DNA of 64,000 nucleotides from contig OZ241365.1 of the NCBI GenBank assembly GCA_965200555.1, forward strand, positions 2,085,458-2,149,457. The letters are read 5' to 3'. The translations under genes and the position numbers were made by a program. This stretch comes from Dehalococcoidia bacterium (GTDB taxonomy: Bacteria; Chloroflexota; Dehalococcoidia; UBA2979). The notes beneath the pieces were generated by a model. The model was given only the letters and a program-made list of their open reading frames with translations, searched no databases and had not been told where the DNA came from. Shown here piece after piece: positions 9,992 to 18,364 of the stretch (the stretch's first letter is position 1; every line of letters starts with the position of its first letter).

Positions 9992-10819
9992 GTGCCGACG
10001 CCGCTGCGCCGCGTCGCCCTGCTCGTCGAGTACGACGGGACGGAGCTGTCCGGCTCGCAGTTCCAGCCGGGCCGCCGCACCGTGCAGGGCGCGCTCGAGG
10101 ACGCGCTCCGCGCCTACGACGGCGCGGCGGACGCGGCGGGGATCCGCGTCGCCCTCGCCGGGCGCACCGACGCCGGCGTCCACGCCCGCGGGCAGGTCGC
10201 CGCCGTCTCGCTCGCGCGCCGCGACGGCCTCGCCACGGTGCGCGCGGCGCTCAACCGCCGCCTGCCCGCCGACGTCGCCGTGCGCGCCGCGGCCGAGGCC
10301 CCCCCGGCGTTCGGCCCGCGCCACGACGCGCGGGCGCGGCGCTACCGCTACCGCATCGCCGACGGCCGCACGCGCTCGCCGCTGACCCGACGCGAACGCT
10401 GGCAGGTCGCGCGCCGCCTCGACGCGCGGGCGATGGCCGCCGCCGCCGCGCTGCTGCCGCGCGGACGCCGCGACTGGTCGGCGTTCGCCGGCCCGCTCGA
10501 CGGCGGACGCTCGCCGCTGCGGACGCTGCTGCGCCTCGAGGTCGCGCGCGAGGCGGACGGCGGCATCGCGATCGCGATGGAGGCGGACGCCTTCCTGCCC
10601 CACCAGGTGCGGCGCACCGCCGGCGCGCTGGAGCGCGTCGGCGCGGGCGCGCTCCCGCCGGCCGCCTTCGCCGCCCTCGCCGGGGGCGGGGCGGGGAGCG
10701 CGGGCCCGGCGGCGCCGCCGCACGGCCTGACGCTGGAGGCGGTGCGCTACGAGGCCGGCCTGCTGGCGTGGGACGGCCCCGCCGAGGCGGACGAGGCGGC
10801 GCGGGAAACGGCGGCCTGA
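9992..10819 (+). CDS. truA: tRNA pseudouridine(38-40) synthase TruA
   Basis: Track ORF of 275 aa containing LLVEYDGTELSGSQFQ and the catalytic motif GRTDAGVHARGQV. Confidence 0.9.
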   Translation: MPTPLRRVALLVEYDGTELSGSQFQPGRRTVQGALEDALRAYDGAADAAGIRVALAGRTDAGVHARGQVAAVSLARRDGLATVRAALNRRLPADVAVRAAAEAPPAFGPRHDARARRYRYRIADGRTRSPLTRRERWQVARRLDARAMAAAAALLPRGRRDWSAFAGPLDGGRSPLRTLLRLEVAREADGGIAIAMEADAFLPHQVRRTAGALERVGAGALPPAAFAALAGGGAGSAGPAAPPHGLTLEAVRYEAGLLAWDGPAEADEAARETAA

Positions 10820-10820
10820 G

Positions 10821-11651
10821 GTGACGGCGAAGACGTACCGGCTGCGCGCGTCGGCGATCGAGCGCCGCTGGCAGGTGCTCGACGCGAGCGGGCGGCCCCT
10901 CGGACGGCTCGCGAGCGAGGCGGCGCGGCTGCTGCTCGGCAAGCACAAGCCGGACTACGAGCCGCACCTCGCGATGGGCGACCACGTGATCGTGGTCAAC
11001 GCGGGCGAGGTCGCGCTGACCGGCGACAAGGCCGCGACGAAGGTCTACTACCGCCACTCCGGCTACCCCGGCAACCTGCGGAAGCGGACGTTCGCGCAGC
11101 AGATGGAGCGCGACCCGCGCAAGGTGATCGAGACGGCGGTGCGCGGGATGCTCCCGCACAACGCGCGCGGGCGCGACCTCTTCCGCCGCCTCCACGTCTA
11201 CGCCGGCCCCGGCCACCCCCACGAGGCGCAGGTCAACGCCGGCACGGGCGCGCGCGCCCGCAAGCGCGCCGCCGCCCTCGCCCGCGCCGAGGCCGCGCCG
11301 CCCATCGAGGCGATCGCGCCCCCCGAGGCCGAACCCGAGCCCGCCGAGGCCATCGAGGCCGAGGCGATGACCGAAGCGCCGGAGGCCGCCGCCGAGACGC
11401 CGATCGCCGAGCCGGAGGCCGAAGCGCCGACCGCCGAGCCGGAGGCCGAAGCGCCGCCCGCCGAGGCGTCCCCCGCGGCGGACGAGGCCGGGGCGCGGCT
11501 GGGCGGCTCGCTGATGCGCTACCGCCGCCCCGAACTCGACGCCGAGGCGGAGCGGCTCGGCATCGCGATCGAGGCGGGCTGGAAGAAGGCGGACGTGGCG
11601 CAGGCGGTCGGCGAATGGTACGAGGCGCACCCGGCGGGCGAGGAAGCGTAG
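10821..11651 (+). CDS. rplM: 50S ribosomal protein L13 with a C-terminal extension of about 130 aa
   Basis: Track ORF of 276 aa. The first ~140 aa are canonical L13 (WQVLDASGRPLGRLASEAARLLLGKHKP...GMLPHN). An Ala/Glu/Pro repeat linker and a terminal helical module follow. Confidence 0.93.
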   Translation: MTAKTYRLRASAIERRWQVLDASGRPLGRLASEAARLLLGKHKPDYEPHLAMGDHVIVVNAGEVALTGDKAATKVYYRHSGYPGNLRKRTFAQQMERDPRKVIETAVRGMLPHNARGRDLFRRLHVYAGPGHPHEAQVNAGTGARARKRAAALARAEAAPPIEAIAPPEAEPEPAEAIEAEAMTEAPEAAAETPIAEPEAEAPTAEPEAEAPPAEASPAADEAGARLGGSLMRYRRPELDAEAERLGIAIEAGWKKADVAQAVGEWYEAHPAGEEA

Positions 11652-11657
11652 GCGACG

Positions 11658-12059
11658 ATGACGACCGACGCGCAGCACTACTACTACGGGCTCGGCCGCC
11701 GCAAGTCGGCGATCGCGCGCGTGCGGCTCTACCCCGGCAACGGCGCGGTGGTCGTCAACGGGCGGCCGCTGGAGGACGTGATCTTCCGCGCCTCGCAGCG
11801 CCAGGACATGCTGCGCCCGCTGCACGCGACGGAGACGGCGGGCCGCTTCAACGTGCAGGCCCGGGTCAAGGGCGGCGGCGTCGCCGGCTGGTCCGGCGCG
11901 CTCCGCCTCGGCATCGCGCGCGCCCTCGTCGCCGCCGACGAGGGCTACCGCCGCCCCCTCCGCCAGCAGGGCCTGCTCACCCGCGACGCGCGCGTCAAGG
12001 AGCGCAAGAAGCCCGGCCTCAAGCGCGCCCGCAAGGCCCCGCAGTTCACCAAGCGCTAG
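11658..12059 (+). CDS. rpsI: 30S ribosomal protein S9
   Basis: Track ORF of 133 aa containing YYGLGRRKSAIARVRL and ending KKPGLKRARKAPQFTKR. Confidence 0.95.
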   Translation: MTTDAQHYYYGLGRRKSAIARVRLYPGNGAVVVNGRPLEDVIFRASQRQDMLRPLHATETAGRFNVQARVKGGGVAGWSGALRLGIARALVAADEGYRRPLRQQGLLTRDARVKERKKPGLKRARKAPQFTKR

Positions 12060-12281
12060 CGCGCACCGGCATCGCGGGCGGCGGGGAAGAAGCACTGCGA
12101 GGGCACGATGCGGCCGGCCCAGCCGCTCCCGCATCGCTGTCGCCGCTGCGCGCGCGCGGGTGCGATCCCGCGAGGGCTGTTGTAGGATCGGCGCGAACGG
12201 GGCGGCCCTCGAAGGCCGCGAGCGGGGGGCGGCGGATATTGTTCACTCTCCTTAGCACCCCCCCCTCGTGGACATAAGTAT

Positions 12282-13988
12282 TGCCTCGGCCTCGCGGCGT
12301 GGCTTATCGCGTGCCTGCTGGGAGCGGCGCTGATCCTCGCGCCGCCCGCGACGGCGCAGTCCACCACCGACTACGACGACGACAACGACGGCCTGATCGA
12401 CGTCCGCACCCTCGCGCAGCTCGACGCGATCCGCCACGACCTCGACGGCAACGGCGACCCCTCGGCGACGGGCGCGACGGCCTACGGCGCGGCCTTCCCC
12501 AACCGCGTCACGGCCTCGAGCGGGCGCATGGGCTGCCCCTCGGGTGCCTGCACCGGCTACGAGCTGCGCGCCGACCTCAGCTTCGACGAGAACGGCGACG
12601 GCCGGATGACGGCCACGGGCGACCCGACGTACTGGAACAGCGGCAACGGCTGGCCGCCGATCGGCAGTCTTTCCAACGGGTATGCCGCCGCGTTCCACGG
12701 CAACGGGCACACCATCAGCTACCTGCGGATCAACCGCTCCGGCACGAACTACGTCGGGTTGTTCAGCCACGTGACCGGTAGCATCGACGGCGTGGGGCTG
12801 CCGCACGCCGACGTCACGGGCCGGAACTACGTAGGCATCGCCGCCGGGGTCGGGTCGGGGACGACCAGCGCGATCAGCAAGGTGTGGACCACGGGGCGGG
12901 TCCAGGGCGCCGATGCCCCGGGCGGAGTGTACGGCTGGGGCAACGCCGCCCTCCGGGCCAGCTGGTCGACGGCGACGGTCAGCGGCGGCAGCTCCTCTTT
13001 CAAGGCGGGCGGGCTGGTCGGATACACTTGGGGCGACATCACCGCCAGCTGGTCGGCCGGCCGGGTCGATTCCACCCACGGCGGAGGCCTGATGGGAACC
13101 GTCGGCAGCGGCGGCACAGTCACCGACAGCTACTGGGACACCGGCACATCCGGCTGGTCCACCAGCGGAGGCGGCACGGGCAAGACCACGCGCGACCTCC
13201 AGCGTCCGACGGGCTACAGCGGCATCTACGCGAACTGGAACCTCAACCTCGACGGCGTGACCGGCGGCGACGACCCGTGGGACTTCGGCACGAGCCGCCA
13301 GTACCCCGCCCTCAAGTTCACGGGCCGCACCACCTGGCGCGGCCCCGCGTGGATCGAGGCCGACCACTGGAACGCGCCCGTCGCGGGCGAACCCCTCGTC
13401 GCTGGCCTCTACTCGAAGACCAGCCGCGCGCTCGTCACGCCCGCCGCCACGATCACGACCTGCGACGGCGTCGCGAACACGAACTCGCGGCAGGCGTGGA
13501 CGTGGGAGCGCTCCGACGACGGGCGCACCAGCTGGACCACCGTCACCTCGACGCGAGGCCCGGCGTGCTCCTACGTCTACGTCCCGTCAAGCACCGACGT
13601 GGGCAAGTACCTGCGCGCCCGCGTCGCGCGCACCTCGGGCGGAAGCGCCTACACCCTCACCACCGCGGCGGTCGTCGCGAGCAGCGCGGCGACGGCGGCG
13701 TTCGCCGGCGGCAACGCCTCGCCGGCGGTGGGGACGGCGGTCACGGTCTCGGCGCTGCCGACGCACAGCGACCGCACGCTATGGCGCTGGCAGCGCTGTA
13801 CGGCCTCGGACGGCACGGGGACGTGCACGCTGCTCGCGCCGGGGACGCCGAGCTGGTCGTACACGCCCGTCGCCGCCGACGCGGGGGGCTACCTGCGCGC
13901 GTTCGTCTACTATTCGTCGGGCGCCTCGACGCCGGTGTGGACGCGCGCGGCGACGGGCTTCACCGGCGCCGTCGCCGCCTCGAACTGA
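12282..13988 (+). CDS. Secreted GLUG-repeat protein, paralog 1 (start codon unresolved)
   Basis: Track ORF 12528..13988 contains GNGHTISYLRINR...VGLFS and repeated GGLVG/GGLMG-type units. It has two C-terminal WxWxR...YxYxP...GxYLRAxV beta modules. In the same frame upstream (from about 12282) it reads a signal-peptide-like CLGLAAWLIACLLGAALILAPPATAQS, then DYDDDNDGLIDVRTLAQLDAIRHDLDGNGDP. That stretch is colinear with the N-terminus of the 30226 paralog. No ATG, GTG or TTG exists in this frame between the stop at 12183 and 12528. Confidence 0.7.
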   Translation, partial: CLGLAAWLIACLLGAALILAPPATAQSTTDYDDDNDGLIDVRTLAQLDAIRHDLDGNGDPSATGATAYGAAFPNRVTASSGRMGCPSGACTGYELRADLSFDENGDGRMTATGDPTYWNSGNGWPPIGSLSNGYAAAFHGNGHTISYLRINRSGTNYVGLFSHVTGSIDGVGLPHADVTGRNYVGIAAGVGSGTTSAISKVWTTGRVQGADAPGGVYGWGNAALRASWSTATVSGGSSSFKAGGLVGYTWGDITASWSAGRVDSTHGGGLMGTVGSGGTVTDSYWDTGTSGWSTSGGGTGKTTRDLQRPTGYSGIYANWNLNLDGVTGGDDPWDFGTSRQYPALKFTGRTTWRGPAWIEADHWNAPVAGEPLVAGLYSKTSRALVTPAATITTCDGVANTNSRQAWTWERSDDGRTSWTTVTSTRGPACSYVYVPSSTDVGKYLRARVARTSGGSAYTLTTAAVVASSAATAAFAGGNASPAVGTAVTVSALPTHSDRTLWRWQRCTASDGTGTCTLLAPGTPSWSYTPVAADAGGYLRAFVYYSSGASTPVWTRAATGFTGAVAASN

Positions 13989-14072
13989 GCGCGGGGCGCG
14001 TTCGCGCGCCGGCGGCGTCCCCGGCGCGCGATCTCCTCGCGGCTCGGACCGCGCGGCGCGCGGTGCGCTAGC

Positions 14073-15116
14073 TGTAGGTCCCAGGGAGGTTGTTGACAGG
14101 CGAGGAGCCTCGCTGCTGCCGTTGCGTGAGCAAACGACGACGGCGGCAGGAGACTCCTCGTGTCCCACCCTAACGCACGGTTGACCCCGAAGGCGCGCCT
14201 CGACCTCGTGCTGGAGGTCGAGGGGGGCTGGACCAGGTCCGAGGCAGCGCGGCGGTTCCGCGTCTCGCGCGCCACGGCCACGAAGTGGGTGCGCCGCTAC
14301 CGCGACGAGGGGGAGGCCGGCCTGCGCGACCGCTGCTCGCGCCCGCGCCGCTCGCCCCGCATCACGGCGCCACCCGAGGCGGAGGCCGTCCTCGGCCTGC
14401 GGCGCGAGCGCGGCTGGGGGCCGCACCGCATCGCCTGGGCGCTGGGCATGGCGCCCTCGACGGCCTACTCGGTCCTGCGGCGGGCCGGTCTCCACCGCCG
14501 CGACCGGATGCACCGCGTCAGCCGCGAGGTCGTGCGCTACGAGCGCGGCAGGCCGGGCGAGCTGCTGCACCTCGACGTCAAGAAGCTCGGGCGCGTCCCG
14601 CCGGGCGGCGGCAAGCGCTTCGCGCCCGGCTTCGCCGAGACCCGCAGCGGCCCGAAGGGCAGGGGCGGAGGCGGCATCGACTGCGTGCACGTCGCCGTGG
14701 ACGACCGCTCCCGCTACGCCTACGCCGAGGCGCTGCCGGACGAGCGCGGCGTCACCACCGCGGCCTTCCTCAAGCGGGCGATCGCCCGCTTCGCCGGCCT
14801 CGGCGTGCGGGTGGAGCGGGTGCTCACCGACAACGGCGGGAACTACCTCAGCGGCGCCTTCCGCGAGACGGCGGCGGCGCACGGGGTGGGGCTGCGGCGG
14901 ACGCGGCCGTACCGGCCGCAGACCAACGGCAAGGCCGAAGCCTTCATCAAGATCCTGCAGGCCGAGTGGGCGTACCGCCGCGCCTACGACTCGAACGCGG
15001 AGCGGCTGGCCGCGCTCCCGGTCTTCCTGAGCGAGTACAATCACGCCCGTCCGCACGGCGGCATCGGCGGGGCCGTCCCCGCCTCCCGCCTGTAAACAAC
15101 GTCCCTGGGACCTACA
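14073..15116 (+). mobile_element. IS481-family insertion sequence, apparently intact
   Basis: The element is 1044 bp. The left inverted repeat is tgtaggtcccagggaggttgttgacagg (14073-14100). The reverse complement of the right one (15089-15116) is tgtaggtcccagggacgttgtttacagg, matching at 26 of 28 positions. It is flanked by the direct repeat GCTAGC (14067-14072 and 15117-15122), consistent with the NCTAGN target duplication known for IS481. Confidence 0.9.
14160..15095 (+). CDS. IS481-family transposase (HTH plus DDE/rve integrase core)
   Basis: Track ORF of 311 aa with an N-terminal HTH (WTRSEAARRFRVSRATATKWVRRYR). The core contains HLDVKKLG...VAVDDRSRYAY...LTDNGGNY...RPYRPQTNGKAEAF...YNHARPHGG. 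Confidence 0.9.
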   Translation: MSHPNARLTPKARLDLVLEVEGGWTRSEAARRFRVSRATATKWVRRYRDEGEAGLRDRCSRPRRSPRITAPPEAEAVLGLRRERGWGPHRIAWALGMAPSTAYSVLRRAGLHRRDRMHRVSREVVRYERGRPGELLHLDVKKLGRVPPGGGKRFAPGFAETRSGPKGRGGGGIDCVHVAVDDRSRYAYAEALPDERGVTTAAFLKRAIARFAGLGVRVERVLTDNGGNYLSGAFRETAAAHGVGLRRTRPYRPQTNGKAEAFIKILQAEWAYRRAYDSNAERLAALPVFLSEYNHARPHGGIGGAVPASRL

Positions 15117-15157
15117 GCTAGCATGGCGGCGACCGCCGACCGCAAGGAGGATTCCTC

Positions 15158-15982
15158 ATGGCCACCGCGACCGCCGCTCCCGCCTCGACCGACGCCGTCG
15201 TGTTCGAGGAGCACGGGCCGATCACCGTGCTCACGCTCAACCGCCCGGAGCGCCTCAACGCCTTCAGCGGCGAGATGAGCGAGACCATCGCGCGCTACGC
15301 GCGCTCGCTGAACGAGGGCGAGTACGACACGCGCTGCGTGATCGTGACCGGCGCGGGCCGCGCCTTCAGCGCGGGCGCCGACGTCGGCGCGGGCCTCGCG
15401 CGGCGCATCCCCGGCGCCGACCCGAACCCCCCGCCGTGGCGTCCCGGCCACCCCGAGAACTACGCGGTGCGCGCCATCCGCGACTGCGACGTGCCCTTCG
15501 TCAGCGCCATCCGCGGCTACTGCGTCGGCATGGGCTGGGGCCTCGCCCTCGCCACCGACCTCCGCGTCGCCGCCGAGGACGCCCGCTTCCAGGTCGCCCA
15601 GCTGCGGCGCGGCATCATGGCCGACTTCGGCCTCGGCCACTTCCTCGCCCAGCAGGCCGGTCACCAGGCCGCGCTCGACCTCATGCTCACCGGCCGCACG
15701 ATCGACGCCCGCCGCGCCCTCGAACTGGGCCTCGTGCTCAAGGTCGTGCCCGGGGACGGCCTGATGGACGCCGCCTTCGAGCTGGCCGGGGAGATCGCGA
15801 ACGGCCCCTCGCTCAGCATCGCCGCGAGCAAGCGCGTGGTGTACATGAACGACAACGACGACCTCCAGCGCGTCACCGACTACACCGCGCTCGCGCTCGG
15901 CCACCTCATGCGCTCCGACGACTTCCGCGAGGGCGTCACCTCGTTCCTCGAGAAGCGCCCGGCGCAGTACCGCGGCCGCTGA
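15158..15982 (+). CDS. Enoyl-CoA hydratase/isomerase (crotonase) family protein
   Basis: Track ORF of 274 aa containing LTLNRPERLNAF and VIVTGAGRAFSAGADV. The RBS is AAGGAGG, 8 nt upstream. The IS is inserted about 40 nt upstream of the start. Confidence 0.85.
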   Translation: MATATAAPASTDAVVFEEHGPITVLTLNRPERLNAFSGEMSETIARYARSLNEGEYDTRCVIVTGAGRAFSAGADVGAGLARRIPGADPNPPPWRPGHPENYAVRAIRDCDVPFVSAIRGYCVGMGWGLALATDLRVAAEDARFQVAQLRRGIMADFGLGHFLAQQAGHQAALDLMLTGRTIDARRALELGLVLKVVPGDGLMDAAFELAGEIANGPSLSIAASKRVVYMNDNDDLQRVTDYTALALGHLMRSDDFREGVTSFLEKRPAQYRGR

Positions 15983-15995
15983 GCCGCCGCCGCCA

Positions 15996-16026
15996 CGCCG
16001 CGAGGCCCGCGCTGGGCCTCGCGGCG
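15996..16026. terminator. GC-rich hairpin between convergent genes (possible bidirectional terminator)
   Basis: cgccgcgaggccc-gcgct-gggcctcgcggcg forms a perfect 13-bp stem with a 5-nt loop, between the crotonase stop and the rnhA stop. There is no U-tract. Confidence 0.45.
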
Positions 16027-16035
16027 GCGAGGGGG

Positions 16036-16509
16036 CTACAGCTCGTCGCGCAGGTAGGCGGTGGCGAGGGCGTCGGCGTACTCGTTCCAGCGAGCGCCGC
16101 CGTGCGCCGCGATCCACTCGATGCGGACGTGCGGGCGCTCGCGCGCGAGCGCCCACGCCCGCCGCACGAGGTCGAGGTTGCTGACCGGCCCCGCCTTGCG
16201 CCGCCAGCCGCGGCGCTCCCAGCCCGCCGCCCACTCGGTCAGCGTCCGCACCACCAGCCGGCTGTCCGAGTAGACGGTCTCGCGCTCCTCCGGGCCGACC
16301 ATTTCGAGGCCGGCGATGATCGCCTCGAACTCCATGCGGTTGTTGGTGGTGTCGGGATCGTCGCCGCGGCGCTCCCCGAGCACGCGGCCCTCGCGCACGC
16401 GCACGGCGCCCCAGCCGCCGGGGCCGGGGTTGCCGAGGCACGAGCCGTCGGTGAACACGCCGCTGTCCGGCCCCGCCCCGTACCTCGCGAGCACCTCGGC
16501 GGTGGTCAT
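16036..16509 (-). CDS. rnhA: Ribonuclease HI
   Basis: C-terminal 157 aa of track ORF 16036..18411, starting at the ATG at 16509. Contains DGSCLGNPGPGGWG, TNNRMEFEA, SDSRLVV and NEYADALA. Confidence 0.9.
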   Translation of the reverse strand: MTTAEVLARYGAGPDSGVFTDGSCLGNPGPGGWGAVRVREGRVLGERRGDDPDTTNNRMEFEAIIAGLEMVGPEERETVYSDSRLVVRTLTEWAAGWERRGWRRKAGPVSNLDLVRRAWALARERPHVRIEWIAAHGGARWNEYADALATAYLRDEL

Positions 16510-16538
16510 GCGTCCGTGGTCGGGCACGGCGGGCGGGC

Positions 16539-18125
16539 CTACTGGGGCACGGCGTTGTAGAGCATGACGGGGTCGCCCTCGAACACGTCGCTTTCGAGGT
16601 TGGCGAGGGCGACGACGGGGCGGTCGGCGATGAGGATGGCGCTGCCGACCCAGCCGTCGGGGATGTGGCTGTTCTCCCACTGGCGCAGCGTCGCCCGCCC
16701 GTCCACGGCCAGCGGCGGCGCGAGCAGCCCGTGGGGGAAGTGCTTCGAGTAGTAGAGCACGCGCAGGCTCGCGCGCGAGCCGTCGAAGCTGAGCACGCGG
16801 AACCACGAGTTCCAGCCGTCGTGGCCGCCCCACGGCCCGAAGTTCTTGTTCAGCACCGGCAGCACCAGCTCGCGCGAGGCCTCCTCGGCGGTGAAGCCGC
16901 GGTAGTCGGCGAGGGCGCCCCCGGCCGACAGCCGCTGCGCCACGATCGCGACCGGCTCCGCCGCCCGCACCCGCACCGATCCGAAGAACACGTCCGGCAG
17001 CGCCGCGTCCTCCGGCAGGCAGCCGCCCGCCCCGTCCAGCCGCTGGTCGCACGTCAGCACCGAGGCCAGCACCAGCTCGTGCTCGATCTCGATCTCGTCG
17101 CCGGCGGCGTCGCGGCCCGCGAACAGCAGCGACACCGCGATCGGCTGCCCTTCCGGTTCGGCGGCGACGAGGCGGAAGCGCGTCGTCCACGTCGTGCGGC
17201 CCTCGCTCGCGTTGCGGTCGACGAGCGGCAGCACGAGGTCGCGGCTGAGCTCGGCGGCGTCGAACGCGCGGTAGGCCGCCAGCCCGGGGCCGCCGCGCTC
17301 GCGCGTGTCCACCAGCAGCGAGGGCTGCTGCGCCCCGGGCGGCGCGCCCTCCGCCGTGGGGCGGGAGCGCACCACCGCCGCGCCGTCGAAGTCCGCCGGC
17401 AGCGTGCGCTCGTCGCGCAGCAGCGTGCCGCTCGGCGGCACGCGCCAGCCGCCGCGGGGACAGCCCTCGGTCGGCTCGCCGGGGTCGAGGATCGGCTCCG
17501 AAGCGCCCTCGGCGTAGTAGGCGATCTCGAAGCAGGCCGGCTGTTCGTCGTCGGCGTTGCGGATCGACAGCCGCGAGACGTGGGACGCCGTGTTCTGCAC
17601 CAGCGGCGCGTACTGCGAGGAGCTGCCCGCGCCGAGCCGCAGCGTGTCGCCGGCGATGCGGAAGGAGCCGTCCTCGAACGCATCGCGCGCGAGCAGCGCC
17701 ACGAACGGCTGGTCCACGGTGATCGTCGCCGAGCCGCGGTAGCCCGCCTCCAGCGGCTCGTAGCCCTGCTGCTCGTAGCCCTGCTGGAAGAACGACCACC
17801 CGAAGCCCGGCGGCACCGCCGTGCAGCCGCCCTCGCGCGGGCAGCGATCCTGCGCCACCTCGCCGCCGCCGAGGTCGAAGAACCTGATCTCGACGGTCGC
17901 CGCCCGCTGGCCCACGTTCTGGATCCGCAGCCACGAGTTCTCCTCGCCGAGGTCCAGCGGCTCCGCCGCCCCCGGCGCCGCGCCCGCGCCTGCCGCCACC
18001 GCCGCCGCCAGCGCCATCGCGGCGAGGCCCGCACCCCGCCGCGCGCGGCCCCGCGAGGCCGCCGCGAGGCGCGCGGCGCGGTCCGCGAGGAGATCGAGGA
18101 GCCGACGGAGCGCGGCAGACGGCAT
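16539..18125 (-). CDS. Secreted hypothetical protein with four internal beta-rich repeats
   Basis: Track ORF 16539..18191. The preferred start is MPSAALRR at 18125, followed by an RR-containing Ala-rich signal-like region. Repeat openings are SWLRIQNVG..VEIRFF, SRLSIRNAD..FEIAYY, TTRFRLVAA..VSLLF and NSWFRVLSF..LRVLYY. Confidence 0.6.
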   Translation of the reverse strand: MPSAALRRLLDLLADRAARLAAASRGRARRGAGLAAMALAAAVAAGAGAAPGAAEPLDLGEENSWLRIQNVGQRAATVEIRFFDLGGGEVAQDRCPREGGCTAVPPGFGWSFFQQGYEQQGYEPLEAGYRGSATITVDQPFVALLARDAFEDGSFRIAGDTLRLGAGSSSQYAPLVQNTASHVSRLSIRNADDEQPACFEIAYYAEGASEPILDPGEPTEGCPRGGWRVPPSGTLLRDERTLPADFDGAAVVRSRPTAEGAPPGAQQPSLLVDTRERGGPGLAAYRAFDAAELSRDLVLPLVDRNASEGRTTWTTRFRLVAAEPEGQPIAVSLLFAGRDAAGDEIEIEHELVLASVLTCDQRLDGAGGCLPEDAALPDVFFGSVRVRAAEPVAIVAQRLSAGGALADYRGFTAEEASRELVLPVLNKNFGPWGGHDGWNSWFRVLSFDGSRASLRVLYYSKHFPHGLLAPPLAVDGRATLRQWENSHIPDGWVGSAILIADRPVVALANLESDVFEGDPVMLYNAVPQ

Positions 18126-18237
18126 CGGGGCGCGTCGCGCCTTCCCCACCCCGCCCCCCGCATGATACGGGCAGCCTCGACGCTGCCTCAACGCGGGTGC
18201 TACGATCGGGCGGCCGGCGCGGCCCGCCGCGCCGCCT

Positions 18238-18314
18238 CGGGGTGTAGCTCAGCCTGGCAGAGCGCGTCGTTCGGGACGACGAGGTCCGCAGTTCAAATCT
18301 GCGCACCCCGACCA
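18238..18314 (+). tRNA. tRNA-Pro (anticodon CGG), CCA encoded
   Basis: Hand-folded cloverleaf. Acceptor cggggtg/caccccg, D stem gctc/gagc, anticodon stem cgtcg/cgacg with loop ttCGGga, T stem cgcag/ctgcg with loop ttcaaat, discriminator A, then CCA. Total 77 nt. Confidence 0.9.
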
Positions 18315-18364
18315 TCGCCACCCCCTCCCCGATCCGCGCCGCGAGGCCCGCGAGGACGCCGCCG

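Noticed and set aside
12281-12781. 166-aa ORF in frame 2 starting at TTG 12281 as the start of the GLUG gene.
   Set aside because: Its product is Arg/Pro-rich nonsense. The conserved signal-peptide and DxDxDG region is in frame 0.
14073-14100. The shared string gttgttgac(a/g)g and TGTAGG between the IS481 left inverted repeat and the 29139/29320 repeat units, as a possible sign that the units are IS-derived.
   Set aside because: The order of the two strings is reversed between the elements, and similarity does not extend further. It is most simply a -35-like TTGAC box plus chance.
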